From positions 14,616-78,615 of the forward strand of contig CAYVJF010000001.1 of NCBI GenBank assembly GCA_964451845.1: a DNA stretch of 64,000 nt, read 5' to 3'. Shown one piece after another: positions 9,986 to 19,810 of this stretch (position 1 is the first letter of the stretch; every line of letters starts with the position of its first letter). The position numbers were made by a program, and so were the translations under genes. The notes beneath the pieces were generated by a model, which was given only the letters and a program-made list of their open reading frames with translations, was not told the origin of the DNA and made no database searches. The stretch is from an uncultured Chlorobium sp. GTDB lineage: Bacteria; Bacteroidota; Chlorobiia; Chlorobiales; Chlorobiaceae.

Positions 9986-10711
9986 TCAGTTGGTCTTGAA
10001 ATCATAGCCTATACCGAGAAGGATATGAAACGCGGTATTGGGCGCTACGGCGTCTCCGTCGGCTATGGGGACGGTTGCGTAGGATGCCGTCAGTTTTGCT
10101 TCACCGGTTACAAACAGTGATTCCCATATATGCAGCTTTTTCTGAATCGCCACCTGTGCTGTCGGGCCGGCAACATAGTAATTGCCGTCACCTTTCAGGC
10201 CGCCATCCATTTCATAGAATTTCTTGTTTCTAACGGTCGATTCCGGATGAGCGACAACAATACCCAGTCCGACCCGGTAGATGATCGAATCGATGTCCCA
10301 GGCTCTGTTTAACGTTACAAGATTATAGCCGTGAGATATCTCGAAATGCTGAACATCGTCGGGGTTGTTGTTGAGATATATCTTGTGGTGAACCATCTCT
10401 ACCTCCCATGCTTTTCCATCGACCCAGCGCCCCAAGCGAACAGCATAATAAGGATGCTTGTTAAAAGGCTTGGTGTCGTAGTGGGCGGTAAAACTGATAT
10501 CATCGTACCCTTCCTGCTTCAGCTTCAGAGGCATCGGGAAACTGAAAGCGGTTCCTCCCAACACTTCGAATGCGACACTCTCTCTTTTTTGAGCGGTTAT
10601 CCCGCTTGTGTCCGATGCTCTTGCCGTTCGTTCCGGAGAAGCGGCCAGGCAGATCAGAAGCAGTACAATAATCGGCAGGTAAAGCACCTGCTGTCGTTGC
10701 GTTGTCATCAT
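9986..10711 (-). CDS. Exported outer-membrane beta-barrel protein, LpxQ (lipid A oxidase)-like
   Basis: Signal peptide (LPIIVLLLICLAA), alternating strands and C-terminal GIGYDF. Segments SFTAHYDTKPF..PYY, HHKIY, HFEISHGYNLVTLN and GLGIVVAHPE resemble LpxQ as recalled. Start ATG 10711 or 10708. Confidence 0.6.
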   Translation of the reverse strand: MMTTQRQQVLYLPIIVLLLICLAASPERTARASDTSGITAQKRESVAFEVLGGTAFSFPMPLKLKQEGYDDISFTAHYDTKPFNKHPYYAVRLGRWVDGKAWEVEMVHHKIYLNNNPDDVQHFEISHGYNLVTLNRAWDIDSIIYRVGLGIVVAHPESTVRNKKFYEMDGGLKGDGNYYVAGPTAQVAIQKKLHIWESLFVTGEAKLTASYATVPIADGDAVAPNTAFHILLGIGYDFKTN

Positions 10712-10984
10712 GGTGAAAGCAAAATATGGGTTCTGGTTGCAGGGGTAGTTCCCGCCATTACTTGGTCCTGTAAGTGGCGGATCGGCAATGAGTGACATTA
10801 CGGCGAGGCTCTTTTCATCGTTGTGAGCAGCCGCATCGCGCAGGATGAAGAACGTCGCCGTACATAATACTATTTCATGATCGAATTACAAAAAAAGTGC
10901 GAGCATCTTTCTTCAGTCATTCAGCCCCGGCCAGCCTTCTTCCCGGGGCGTTCACGATGGTTTTTCGAAGCGAGATTATAGGTG

Positions 10985-11878
10985 TCATCGGGCAGACGGG
11001 TTGCGGTAAAAACCCTGTCTCTTGATTTCGCCGAACCACTCCCGCGCTTTGTTGTCGGCGGCGCGTTCCGGCATCCAGTGAATGAAACTCACGATATCTC
11101 TCACCGCGGCCCGTTCGGCAAAAGCAAAATCAACAACGCGGCTTTTTCCCAGCTCCCATGTCTGCGGCTCTTTGACTTTCCCCTGCTCCGGGTCATCGTA
11201 CTCGGCGGGAGGAAACATCTCCTTCAGCGTTTTTTCTCCCCACTCGTCGTCAGCAACGGTGATCCTCATGGCAAAGTCGCCCTGCGGCTTCGATCCTGCA
11301 AAAGCAGCAGCCCGAACAACCGGTTGGCCGAGCACAGAAGCGCCGAACTTTCCGGGAGTACCGGTAAAACCGGCGGTGACCGAACCGCTTGCAAGACCAA
11401 CCCTGGGGCCGAACCTGAAAACGTCGTGCTCCCCCATCCACCGGGCAACCCGCAAAGCGTCGGCAAAAGGATCGGATGAGCCGAGTTTTTCCGAAAAAAC
11501 CAGCAAGACGGCGTGATCAAGCTCACGATGCAACACGGAGCAGTTCACGGTTTCCGCAGCCCTGGTCATCCAGGCGAGGAAATTGTTCACATAGATGAGC
11601 ATTTCGCCTGGTTGAAGCGAAAAAGAATACCGGTAATAGTCGGCGAGTTCTGCATACAGTACGGTTGCCTGCAGCTCGATACCCTTGACAGGAAAACTCC
11701 CCGACCATTCATCCTCGATCTCCACATCGATCGTCAGCGGATGGGAGACCAGGAAATCCTCTACTGTGCGATAGCGTCGCCTTGTTTTCACCTCTCGAAA
11801 AACTGCCGTAAGATTGTAGAAGCGTTCTTTGCCTGTAGGGTTAGTATAAAAAAGAATCACGTTGATCCCTGCCTTCAT
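10985..11878 (-). CDS. Class III nucleotidyl-cyclase-fold protein with degenerate active site
   Basis: ATVLYAELADY, ELDHAVLLVF, RVGLASGSVTAGFTG and SVLGQPVVRAA align by eye to cyclase motifs TVLFADI.GF, IGDAVM.VF, RIGI..G....G..G and VIGD.VN.AAR. Confidence 0.6.
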   Translation of the reverse strand: MKAGINVILFYTNPTGKERFYNLTAVFREVKTRRRYRTVEDFLVSHPLTIDVEIEDEWSGSFPVKGIELQATVLYAELADYYRYSFSLQPGEMLIYVNNFLAWMTRAAETVNCSVLHRELDHAVLLVFSEKLGSSDPFADALRVARWMGEHDVFRFGPRVGLASGSVTAGFTGTPGKFGASVLGQPVVRAAAFAGSKPQGDFAMRITVADDEWGEKTLKEMFPPAEYDDPEQGKVKEPQTWELGKSRVVDFAFAERAAVRDIVSFIHWMPERAADNKAREWFGEIKRQGFYRNPSAR

Positions 11879-12061
11879 TGTCGTGAAATTGAAAGAGATG
11901 TGTTTTGTGTACGATTATTAATATTTCGCGGGCAAAGCATCAACGTCTGGCATAAAAGAACCGGCTGAAGCGCTTGGCGGTTCTATAAGCCGGGCGCGAA
12001 AATCCCGATCGATTCGTACATTACTACGTTGGTTTGTCCGATTCCCATTGACACATGAGCC

Positions 12062-13225
12062 ATGAATCCGGCGGAAGTTCTTCTTTCATTCGGCGCTCTC
12101 CTGCTTGCAGGGCTTGCCATCGACCTTCTGGGTAAAAAAACCTTCTTGCCCCGCGTAACACTTTTGCTGCTCTTCGGCATGCTCATCGGCGAGGAACTGC
12201 TTGATCTTGTGCCGAAATTTTTAACCGCACGGTTCGAGTTGATTGCCGATATGGCGCTGCTTATGATCGGGTTTCTTCTCGGGGGGAAGCTCACCATGAG
12301 TACACTAAAACAGTCGGGGAAAACCATCGTCACGATGTCTGTCTTTGCCGCTGTTATGACAACCCTTATGGTTGCGGCCGGGCTGTTGCTCGCCGGCACA
12401 AGCGCAGAAATCGCAATTCTGATCGGCTGCATAGCCTCCGCAACAGCTCCCGCTGCAACAGCCTATACTGTTTTTGAATCTGGTGAGGATTCCCGATTTA
12501 CTCGCATTCTCTTATCGGTGGTTGCGCTTGACGATGCGTGGGCCCTGATTCTGTTCAGCTCAGGAATCGCTGTTGTAAATGCCATATCGGCAGGAGGCTC
12601 TGTTGAGCCATCCCTGATGATAGCTGTCAGGGATATTGGAGGAGCTGTTGTGCTTGGCGCGGCTATTGGATTTCCCGCATCGATGCTTACGGGCAGGATC
12701 AAGGAAGGGCAGCCGATGTTGAGCGAGGCTTTGGGTATTGTGCTGCTTTGCGGCGGCCTCGCCCTTTATCTGGAGGTCTCCTTTCTGATAGCTTCCATGG
12801 TTATGGGAATGATTATTACCAATTTTGCGCAGCATCATGAATACCCGTTCAACGCCATCGAAGGCATTGAGTGGCCGTTTCTTGTTGTTTTTTTTGTGCT
12901 TGCCGGAGCCTCGCTTGAATTCGAAGCGTTGCCATACATAGGGTTGACAGGCGGTATCTATATTGTCAGCAGAATAGCCGGAAAAATAACAGGCGCCGCA
13001 GTAGGTGGCATTGTCGGCGGCGCCGACAGCAGAACGCGTTCATGGCTTGGCGTCGCTCTGCTGCCACAAGCGGGCGCGGCAATGGGCATGGCTCTGGCAG
13101 CGGCAAATTATTTTCCGGAATACCGTCAAACCATTCTCTCTCTCATTATTGGCACAACGGTTTTTTTTGAACTTGTCGGCCCTTTGTTTACCCGTTTGGC
13201 GATCAGAAAAACAAGCAAGAAATAA
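12062..13225 (+). CDS. Cation:proton antiporter (Na+/H+ exchanger family)
   Basis: ~12 hydrophobic segments; LPRVT, ATAPAAT, ALDDA, LLPQAG motifs. Confidence 0.85.
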   Translation: MNPAEVLLSFGALLLAGLAIDLLGKKTFLPRVTLLLLFGMLIGEELLDLVPKFLTARFELIADMALLMIGFLLGGKLTMSTLKQSGKTIVTMSVFAAVMTTLMVAAGLLLAGTSAEIAILIGCIASATAPAATAYTVFESGEDSRFTRILLSVVALDDAWALILFSSGIAVVNAISAGGSVEPSLMIAVRDIGGAVVLGAAIGFPASMLTGRIKEGQPMLSEALGIVLLCGGLALYLEVSFLIASMVMGMIITNFAQHHEYPFNAIEGIEWPFLVVFFVLAGASLEFEALPYIGLTGGIYIVSRIAGKITGAAVGGIVGGADSRTRSWLGVALLPQAGAAMGMALAAANYFPEYRQTILSLIIGTTVFFELVGPLFTRLAIRKTSKK

Positions 13226-13348
13226 GCCGCTCGATTTTTTTCTATCATGCAAAATCAGGACTATGCAGCACATGCTGAATGACAGCCGCCCGGTTGGGAG
13301 AGGTTCCCGGGGAGAGGGGAGAACAGAAAGCACTCGAAGAGTTGGCAG

Positions 13349-14305
13349 ATGTGGATAGTTTTCATTATAACAGGGGCAGTGCTTGCCGCAGCGCTTTTCA
13401 TCCTTACTCCCCGGAACATCCCTGAGCTTGTTTCTCAGCCGGATCCTGCGCAGGATTATGGTGAAGCGCTCAGGCGTGTTGAAAGGCTTCGCAAAGAGGT
13501 GCACAAGGAAATGAATCCGCTCTGCAGGCTACAATTCTTCACCCACGGCAAAAAAACCAGCCGGGCTGTTTTGCTGATTCATGGCTATACCAGCTGCCCG
13601 CAACAGTTCCGCAAATTGGGAGAACAGCTCCATGATTCCGGCAGCAATGTGCTTATCGCGCCGCTTCCCCGTCATGGCTTTGCCGACAGGATGACCGAGG
13701 AGCATTCGAAGCTCAGGGCGGAGGAACTTGCGGCCTATGCCGACAAGGTTGCCGATATTGCCGCCGGTCTTGGAAAAGAGACGGTCATGATGGGGCTATC
13801 CACCGGAGGTCTTGCCGCTGCCTGGGCCGCCGAGCACCGTCATGATATCGCTCTGGCGGTCGTTATTTCCCCTGCGTTCGGTTTCAGGAAAATTCCGACT
13901 GTTCTGACCGCTGCGGCCATGAACATCTTTTCGGTTCTGCCGGACAAATATACCTGGTGGAATCCGGAACTGCAGGCCCAGGCTTCCCCTGCGTACGCCT
14001 ATCCCCGCTACTCCCGGCGCACACTGACCCAGATTCTCAGGCTCGGTTTTGCCGTACAGCGGGATATACAGCGCGGGCGAACCGTCGCAAAAAAAATCGT
14101 GGTGGTCTTCAACCATCATGATGACCAGATCAACAACAAGCTGACGCAGAAGATCGTCGAACGCTGGCAAGCAGGCAATGCAAACATAACGACGTACGAT
14201 TTCGACGATTCCCTCGGGCTTGCTCATGATTTCATCGATCCCAATCATCCCGATCAAAAAATCGCTCTTGTCTATCCGAAGCTGTTGGAGCTTGTCAATC
14301 CATGA
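13349..14305 (+). CDS. Alpha/beta hydrolase (esterase/lipase) with N-terminal membrane anchor
   Basis: LIHG oxyanion region, GLSTGG nucleophile elbow, C-terminal HD; hydrophobic N-terminus. Confidence 0.8.
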   Translation: MWIVFIITGAVLAAALFILTPRNIPELVSQPDPAQDYGEALRRVERLRKEVHKEMNPLCRLQFFTHGKKTSRAVLLIHGYTSCPQQFRKLGEQLHDSGSNVLIAPLPRHGFADRMTEEHSKLRAEELAAYADKVADIAAGLGKETVMMGLSTGGLAAAWAAEHRHDIALAVVISPAFGFRKIPTVLTAAAMNIFSVLPDKYTWWNPELQAQASPAYAYPRYSRRTLTQILRLGFAVQRDIQRGRTVAKKIVVVFNHHDDQINNKLTQKIVERWQAGNANITTYDFDDSLGLAHDFIDPNHPDQKIALVYPKLLELVNP

Positions 14306-14335
14306 GAAGCGGGCGCTCTGTTTTTTAGAGCCACC

Positions 14336-16027
14336 CTACAGTTCCAGGATCATATGCGCTTCGGTGGCGTGTGCCCGCAGCATTGATGCACAATCATCGA
14401 GAATACGCCACCCGTATTTGTTGATGTAGTAAAAGATATTGACGACCCTTTCCTGGGGAAGATCCCGAGGAAAAAGACCGGTTGCAGCTTTTTCCAGCTG
14501 CGCCACCAGTTCGTCATGTTTTTTCCTGCTTGCCCGATGCGTTTTCTCCCGGATGCCATCCATCACTTTTTCCAGCTGTCTCCTTGATCCGGCAAGAACC
14601 TGTTCGAGGTTTCTGTCGATGTTTGCAAGCAGTGGAGAGAGCTGCTCGAACTCGGCAAGCATGGCTTTTTCCGTTGCATCCAGCGCTGCATCGAAATCAT
14701 GGTTTTCGGCGCCTGAAAGAGCATTTTTCTGCAGCAGGCCGAGATCGTGAAAAGCGGTGTGATAAATCTGCTTTCTCGACAGGCTGGGCCGTCCGGTTTT
14801 CTGCAGAATCTTGTCCATGACTCTCTTGACAGCCGGCTCGACCAGCGTGAAGCTGCCTCTCGGTATGATGAACGGCATATGAAGCCCGAAATGTTCGTAG
14901 ACTTTACGGTATTGAGCGAAGTAGCTGATTTCTCCCGGCCCGGCAATGTATGCGAAAACCGGCAGAACATGATCCTGCATGACCGGCCTGAGCACGACGT
15001 TCGGGCTGAATTGCTCGGAATGGTCGTTGCAGAGCTCCAGCATCTGGTGTTTGCTGTAGCGGTATTTTTCCGGGACAATGGTGAATTCGTCGGCGGCAGG
15101 CTGCTCGATTTTCATGCGCCGGTCATGATGGTTTACATAAAACAGGTTGACCGCACGCGGTTTGGCCTGCGCCTGATAGCCCATACTTTCGAGGAGCGAG
15201 CTCTGTTCAATAACGCTGTACGAGGTGTGGGGAGCGGTTGCAATCTCGCGGCTGAAAACATCTCCGGCAAGTTTTTTGAAACCGGGATCGCTTGGCGAAA
15301 GCAAGAGCAGGGGGTAGTTCCTGAACAAAAACGCCATGGTTTTTCCGAATGCAAGCTCGAGGGAGCTTTCCGGTGTATAGCAATCATGCAGCACCCTCGA
15401 TATTTCATCTTTCTCTTCGCTTTCCTGCAGGCCGGCAAGAAAGGTCGAAAGCGTTTCAGTGATACCTGGCCCCATGGCCGTCCGGCTTACCATCTGGTCC
15501 GGAGTCCGCTGCCAGGCATCGAGCCGAATCTGTTTCAGCCTGCCGCTTTCGAACAGTGACGTTGCTGCCGACTCGTCGAAATCATGGTCTTCGCCTTCGA
15601 TCCAGAACAGGGGAAGAAAATCGTATTCCGGAAACATCTCTTTCTGCCGTTCGGCTACCACAATGGCAGTAAGCGCTTTATAAATGGAATAGAGGACTCC
15701 TGTAAACAGCCCCGGCTGCTGCCCGGTCACCACGAGCATGCAGCGCGGAGAGCCGAGTTTTTCTATCGAGGCTATCGTTTTTTCAGCGGCTCCGAACATT
15801 CTGTTTTGCCGAAGGAGAAGCTCGGCAAGCTCGCTCCGGCGGTATTTTCTGGAGAAAAGAAGGTTAAGGTGTTTGTAGTAGTCGGCTTCTTTCCGGTAAT
15901 CGAAATGGAAAAACGTGCTTGTCAGTTTTTCGTGCATTTCACCTTCATGGGTGTAATCGTTGAAAAGTTTTGAAAAACCTTTCTTCGGGGCATGGATGTC
16001 TCGATAGTCGATCAGAAAAGAGTTCAC
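14336..16027 (-). CDS. bshC: Bacillithiol biosynthesis cysteine-adding enzyme BshC
   Basis: VVTGQQPGLFTG, FWIEGEDHDFDE, FSPNVVLRP, YIAGPGEISYFAQ, PQERV; GTG start. Confidence 0.9.
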   Translation of the reverse strand: MNSFLIDYRDIHAPKKGFSKLFNDYTHEGEMHEKLTSTFFHFDYRKEADYYKHLNLLFSRKYRRSELAELLLRQNRMFGAAEKTIASIEKLGSPRCMLVVTGQQPGLFTGVLYSIYKALTAIVVAERQKEMFPEYDFLPLFWIEGEDHDFDESAATSLFESGRLKQIRLDAWQRTPDQMVSRTAMGPGITETLSTFLAGLQESEEKDEISRVLHDCYTPESSLELAFGKTMAFLFRNYPLLLLSPSDPGFKKLAGDVFSREIATAPHTSYSVIEQSSLLESMGYQAQAKPRAVNLFYVNHHDRRMKIEQPAADEFTIVPEKYRYSKHQMLELCNDHSEQFSPNVVLRPVMQDHVLPVFAYIAGPGEISYFAQYRKVYEHFGLHMPFIIPRGSFTLVEPAVKRVMDKILQKTGRPSLSRKQIYHTAFHDLGLLQKNALSGAENHDFDAALDATEKAMLAEFEQLSPLLANIDRNLEQVLAGSRRQLEKVMDGIREKTHRASRKKHDELVAQLEKAATGLFPRDLPQERVVNIFYYINKYGWRILDDCASMLRAHATEAHMILEL

Positions 16028-16030
16028 GGC

Positions 16031-16822
16031 CTACTTGTTTAATTTCCAGCGCCGGATATTTTTCAGCGCGCTGTGATTGGTCATGTCGATGGATACAGGC
16101 GTGACGGTGATATAATTTTCCCGGATGGCATATTCGTCATGGAGCAGGTCTTGATCGAGCAGCTTCAGTTCACCGCTCAGCCAGTAATAGGGGTTGCCAT
16201 ACATATCATCGCGTTCAATGGTATTTTCAGCCCAGCGGGATTTGCCCTGCGCGGTTATCTGCACGCCCCGGATCTCTTCCTCGGGCAGGTTCGGGATGTT
16301 CACCGAAAGCACGGTGTCTTCCGGGAGGCCTTCTCGAAGCACTTTCCTTGCAAGTTTTTTTGAGAATTTTCCGGCATAGGTAAAATCGGCGTTTTCATAG
16401 GTGGCCAGTGAAAACGCAATCGAAGGAATACGCTGTATGACGCCTTCCCGCGCAGCGCCGACAGTGCCGGAGTAGAGCGTATTCGTTGCGGTGTTGCTCC
16501 CGTAATTAATCCCGCTGACAATCAGGTCGGGTTTTTCGGAAAGGATGTGGCTCAGCGCGACTTTGATGCAATCCACCGGCGTTCCGGAAACCGTGTAGCC
16601 GAAGAAACGATTGTTTTTGGCGTACTTCTTTACCCGGAGCGGGACGCCGAGGGTCATGGCGTGGCTCATACCGCTGCGCGGCTCCGAAGGCGCAACAACC
16701 GTCACGCTGCCGATTTTTTTCATCGAGGCGGCAAGAACATGCAGTCCTTCTCCGTCGATACCATCATCATTGCAGACCAGAATACGCGGCTGTTGTGTCC
16801 GGGTTACGTGCTTCCTTTGCAT
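16031..16822 (-). CDS. surE: 5'/3'-nucleotidase SurE
   Basis: [30 protein letters not shown]. Confidence 0.95.
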   Translation of the reverse strand: MQRKHVTRTQQPRILVCNDDGIDGEGLHVLAASMKKIGSVTVVAPSEPRSGMSHAMTLGVPLRVKKYAKNNRFFGYTVSGTPVDCIKVALSHILSEKPDLIVSGINYGSNTATNTLYSGTVGAAREGVIQRIPSIAFSLATYENADFTYAGKFSKKLARKVLREGLPEDTVLSVNIPNLPEEEIRGVQITAQGKSRWAENTIERDDMYGNPYYWLSGELKLLDQDLLHDEYAIRENYITVTPVSIDMTNHSALKNIRRWKLNK

Positions 16823-16863
16823 GGCGTAAAAGGCTTGTGGGCGTCACTGGGCGGTTAAGATAC

Positions 16864-16888
16864 AAAAAACCGGAAGCAAAAGCTTCCC
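16864..16888 (-). terminator. Putative intrinsic terminator after the patatin-Omp85 gene
   Basis: Minus strand GGAAGC-TTTT-GCTTCC followed by GGTTTTTT. Confidence 0.5.
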
Positions 16889-16921
16889 ATGCAGGATATC
16901 GGCAGATGAACAGGTGAGCGG

Positions 16922-19726
16922 TTAAAACTCATAACCGAAGCTGAAATACAGCACGGTTTCAGCAAACCGAAGCGCTGCATCATCGTTGTTCTTTTCGTCG
17001 TCACTGAACCTGAACGCTTTTGCTGCAGTAAAACTGGCGGGGCCGATGGGTGTTTTCCAGTTCAGACCGGCGCCGACACCGTGGATAATATCCTCCGAGA
17101 AGATATCACTCCTCTTTTGCCAGACGTTACCAACGTTATAGTACAGCAAAAACGACGAGGGAAAGATGAGATCGAAAGAAGGACTGTAGCGGAAATTCGC
17201 CCCCAAAGCAGCCATGTTTCTGCCGATAAGCCCGTTTTCTTTCAAACCGATAAATCTGCGGCTGTAGGCGCTGCCGGTTCCGCCCAGAAAAAACATTTCC
17301 GAAAAAGGCAGGTCTTCACTGCCGAAGCCGAAAGAAAAACTGAGCTGACCCGAAACCCGGTTGCTGAACGCAATGTTTTCCTCGTGTTCAAGGGACGCCT
17401 GCCAAAACGTTCGATCATTGAAGATTTCCGGCGTGAACGAGTAACGCAGGTTGGTGCGCCGTCCTTTGGTCGGCAAAAAGGAGTCGTCTCTTGTGTCGAG
17501 AGCGAACTCGATGGCTGTCGATGCTATAGCGGTATTTTCAATATCACGGTCTGCGTTTCCTTTATCGTATGTCCGGCTGTTCTTGACGGTCATATCGAGC
17601 AGAAACCGGCTGCTCTTTGCGATTCTGGTTCCAAAAGAGGATGTGATGCCATAGCGCTCTATTCCGAGCTGCCGGACGGCGCCGGGGTCGGAAAAGAAAA
17701 ACGCTTTTGAAAACGAAGGTTCGCGTCTGTCCAGGTCACGCTGGTCATAAAAAAGTTTTGTCGTGAAGGTCAGACTGGTGTTGCCGATTTTCGGCATATT
17801 GTACTCGAGGTTCGCGCGATTGTTCTTTTCTCCTATTTTTCCCCAGACGCCAATGGAATTTGCGGTGCCATAAAGATTTTCGTTTCTGAAATCAAGCAAG
17901 GCCTGGGCGTTGTATGTTTCGTTATAGTGCAGGCCGAGCCGAAGGACATTCGAAGGTTTTTCATTCAGCCGCACTCTGAGAACGTCGGTGTTTTCCCTTT
18001 TTTCCGAAAGAGAGCCGGTTGCTGCAATGCTGAGAGAAACCCGGTTGAATGCGCCTGTCCCGAACAGATTGTCAATCGACCGTTCGACATCCTGGATTCG
18101 CAGCGCTTTCGAGGTGTCGATCGACAGCTCCCTCATGATCGGAGTCTCGCGCGTGATGTTTTTATCCTGCGAAATGACAAGTTTCGATATTTTCCCATCG
18201 GACAAGCCTATTGAAAGCGTCCCGTTGCGAACGTCAATCTGCTCGATGTTGACGAGGGGATAGCCTTTTTTTCTGAACAGTTGAAGAAGTTTTTCAAGAG
18301 CTTCGGTTCCTTCTCTATTGGTATAGGGCTGCATCAAAAGGCTGCTGAAACAGGCGTCGATATCCTTTTTGGCAATCGGCGTGACAGCGTGCAACAGCTC
18401 TACATTGTTGAAAGACGGCGGCGTTTCGCAGAAAAACACGATTTCTTTCGAGGTGTTGTCGATTGTTGCGTAAACCCTGGTGAAAAGGTCGGTTTCGAGC
18501 AGTTCCTGCAGCGCCTCCTCGGCACATGAAGCATTTCGTATGATCTCGCCTGCCGCATGGTAGCTTGTCGCGGCTTCTTTTCCCGTGCCGGTGATCCTGA
18601 TCGATTTTTGATAGCGCGCCATGCTGGTCGCTTCCCGGAGAGGGAGGGCAACAGCCTTGCGAATTTTTCCCGCGAGCGCTTTGCCGCTTTTGTAGCCGGC
18701 ATCGATCAGCTCGGGAAGTTTCGAGAAATCGATGGCCGGGTTATTGCCGACATCCGGCGCGATCACCAGATCGGCTTTTTCGAGCTGACGCGGGTACTGC
18801 AATTCTATGAGGATGGTCATGGTCTGGTCGGCTGCCTGCCACGGGATATCGATATCCTCTGCAAGGGTATACATGCTGCCTCTGGTGTCCACGCCGATTT
18901 TATACCCGACAGAAGCGTTTTCAAGCTCGTCGACCGGAAGATTGGCAACAAGTCCGCCGTCGGCCAGCTTCTGTTTGCCCAGCTCGACCGGCTCGAAAAT
19001 GACCGGAATGGTGCTGCTTGCAAGCATGGCTTCAGAAAGCGCTCCATCGAGAAGAGTGACCCGTTTGCCGGAAACGAGGTCGGTTGTGACCGCCCTGAAC
19101 GAGATCGGAAGGCTGGAGAACGAACCTGCGGGGTGGTATAGAGCGTTCATGCTCAGCAGGTCGAGCACTCTGGTAAGCTTCTGTGACGAGCTCAGCGATT
19201 TCGGGATAACCAGTTTGAAGTTCTCGAAACGGATAGCGATCGTTGCGCGGTCGCGGATTTTTTGCTGCTCAAGGAAGGTATTGGCTCTTGGCGCATCGTT
19301 TTCCAGGGAAAGCAGCTCCTCCCAGGGAATCTCCAGTGCGATTTTTTCCAGATCATCAGCATTGTACCCTGCGCTGTACAGCCCGCCGATCACCGCGCCG
19401 ATGCTTGTACCGGCAATTGCGTCAACCGTGATATTTTCTTCCTCCAGCGCTTTGAGCACGCCTACCTGGGCCATGCCGTTGGCGCCTCCTCCTGAAAGCG
19501 CAAGTCCGACGGTTTTTCTCGAGGGCCGCATGTACGGCGCGATAGCCAGGCGCTTCTGCTGAAGGTCGAGCGTGTCCGGATACACAATTGCCCGGTTTTG
19601 AGCATGGAGCGAAGCATTGGCGGTGAGCACCAGAAAGCAACTGCAGAAGAAAAGCAGGATGCGAAATCCGGGTTTGGGCAATTGAAGGCTCCGGAGGGTT
19701 GTTTTGAGTTCTCGGGGTGACTTCAT
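16922..19726 (-). CDS. Patatin-like phospholipase fused to POTRA and Omp85/BamA-type barrel (PlpD-like)
   Basis: Signal peptide; GGGANG, GTSIG and DGG patatin motifs; POTRA-like central region; C-terminal barrel ending FSFGYEF. Confidence 0.85.
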   Translation of the reverse strand: MKSPRELKTTLRSLQLPKPGFRILLFFCSCFLVLTANASLHAQNRAIVYPDTLDLQQKRLAIAPYMRPSRKTVGLALSGGGANGMAQVGVLKALEEENITVDAIAGTSIGAVIGGLYSAGYNADDLEKIALEIPWEELLSLENDAPRANTFLEQQKIRDRATIAIRFENFKLVIPKSLSSSQKLTRVLDLLSMNALYHPAGSFSSLPISFRAVTTDLVSGKRVTLLDGALSEAMLASSTIPVIFEPVELGKQKLADGGLVANLPVDELENASVGYKIGVDTRGSMYTLAEDIDIPWQAADQTMTILIELQYPRQLEKADLVIAPDVGNNPAIDFSKLPELIDAGYKSGKALAGKIRKAVALPLREATSMARYQKSIRITGTGKEAATSYHAAGEIIRNASCAEEALQELLETDLFTRVYATIDNTSKEIVFFCETPPSFNNVELLHAVTPIAKKDIDACFSSLLMQPYTNREGTEALEKLLQLFRKKGYPLVNIEQIDVRNGTLSIGLSDGKISKLVISQDKNITRETPIMRELSIDTSKALRIQDVERSIDNLFGTGAFNRVSLSIAATGSLSEKRENTDVLRVRLNEKPSNVLRLGLHYNETYNAQALLDFRNENLYGTANSIGVWGKIGEKNNRANLEYNMPKIGNTSLTFTTKLFYDQRDLDRREPSFSKAFFFSDPGAVRQLGIERYGITSSFGTRIAKSSRFLLDMTVKNSRTYDKGNADRDIENTAIASTAIEFALDTRDDSFLPTKGRRTNLRYSFTPEIFNDRTFWQASLEHEENIAFSNRVSGQLSFSFGFGSEDLPFSEMFFLGGTGSAYSRRFIGLKENGLIGRNMAALGANFRYSPSFDLIFPSSFLLYYNVGNVWQKRSDIFSEDIIHGVGAGLNWKTPIGPASFTAAKAFRFSDDEKNNDDAALRFAETVLYFSFGYEF

Positions 19727-19810
19727 ATCTTCACTTGAAATCCGGGTGAGAGCGCCGGCTGCTGAAGAGTTCGCTCAATTGAAATGTATAATCTTTACAA
19801 ATAATTAAAA

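Noticed and set aside
14311-14336. GGGCGCTCT...AGAGCCACCC as another MITE remnant
   Set aside because: Too short and imperfect; more simply a weak terminator-like hairpin between convergent genes.
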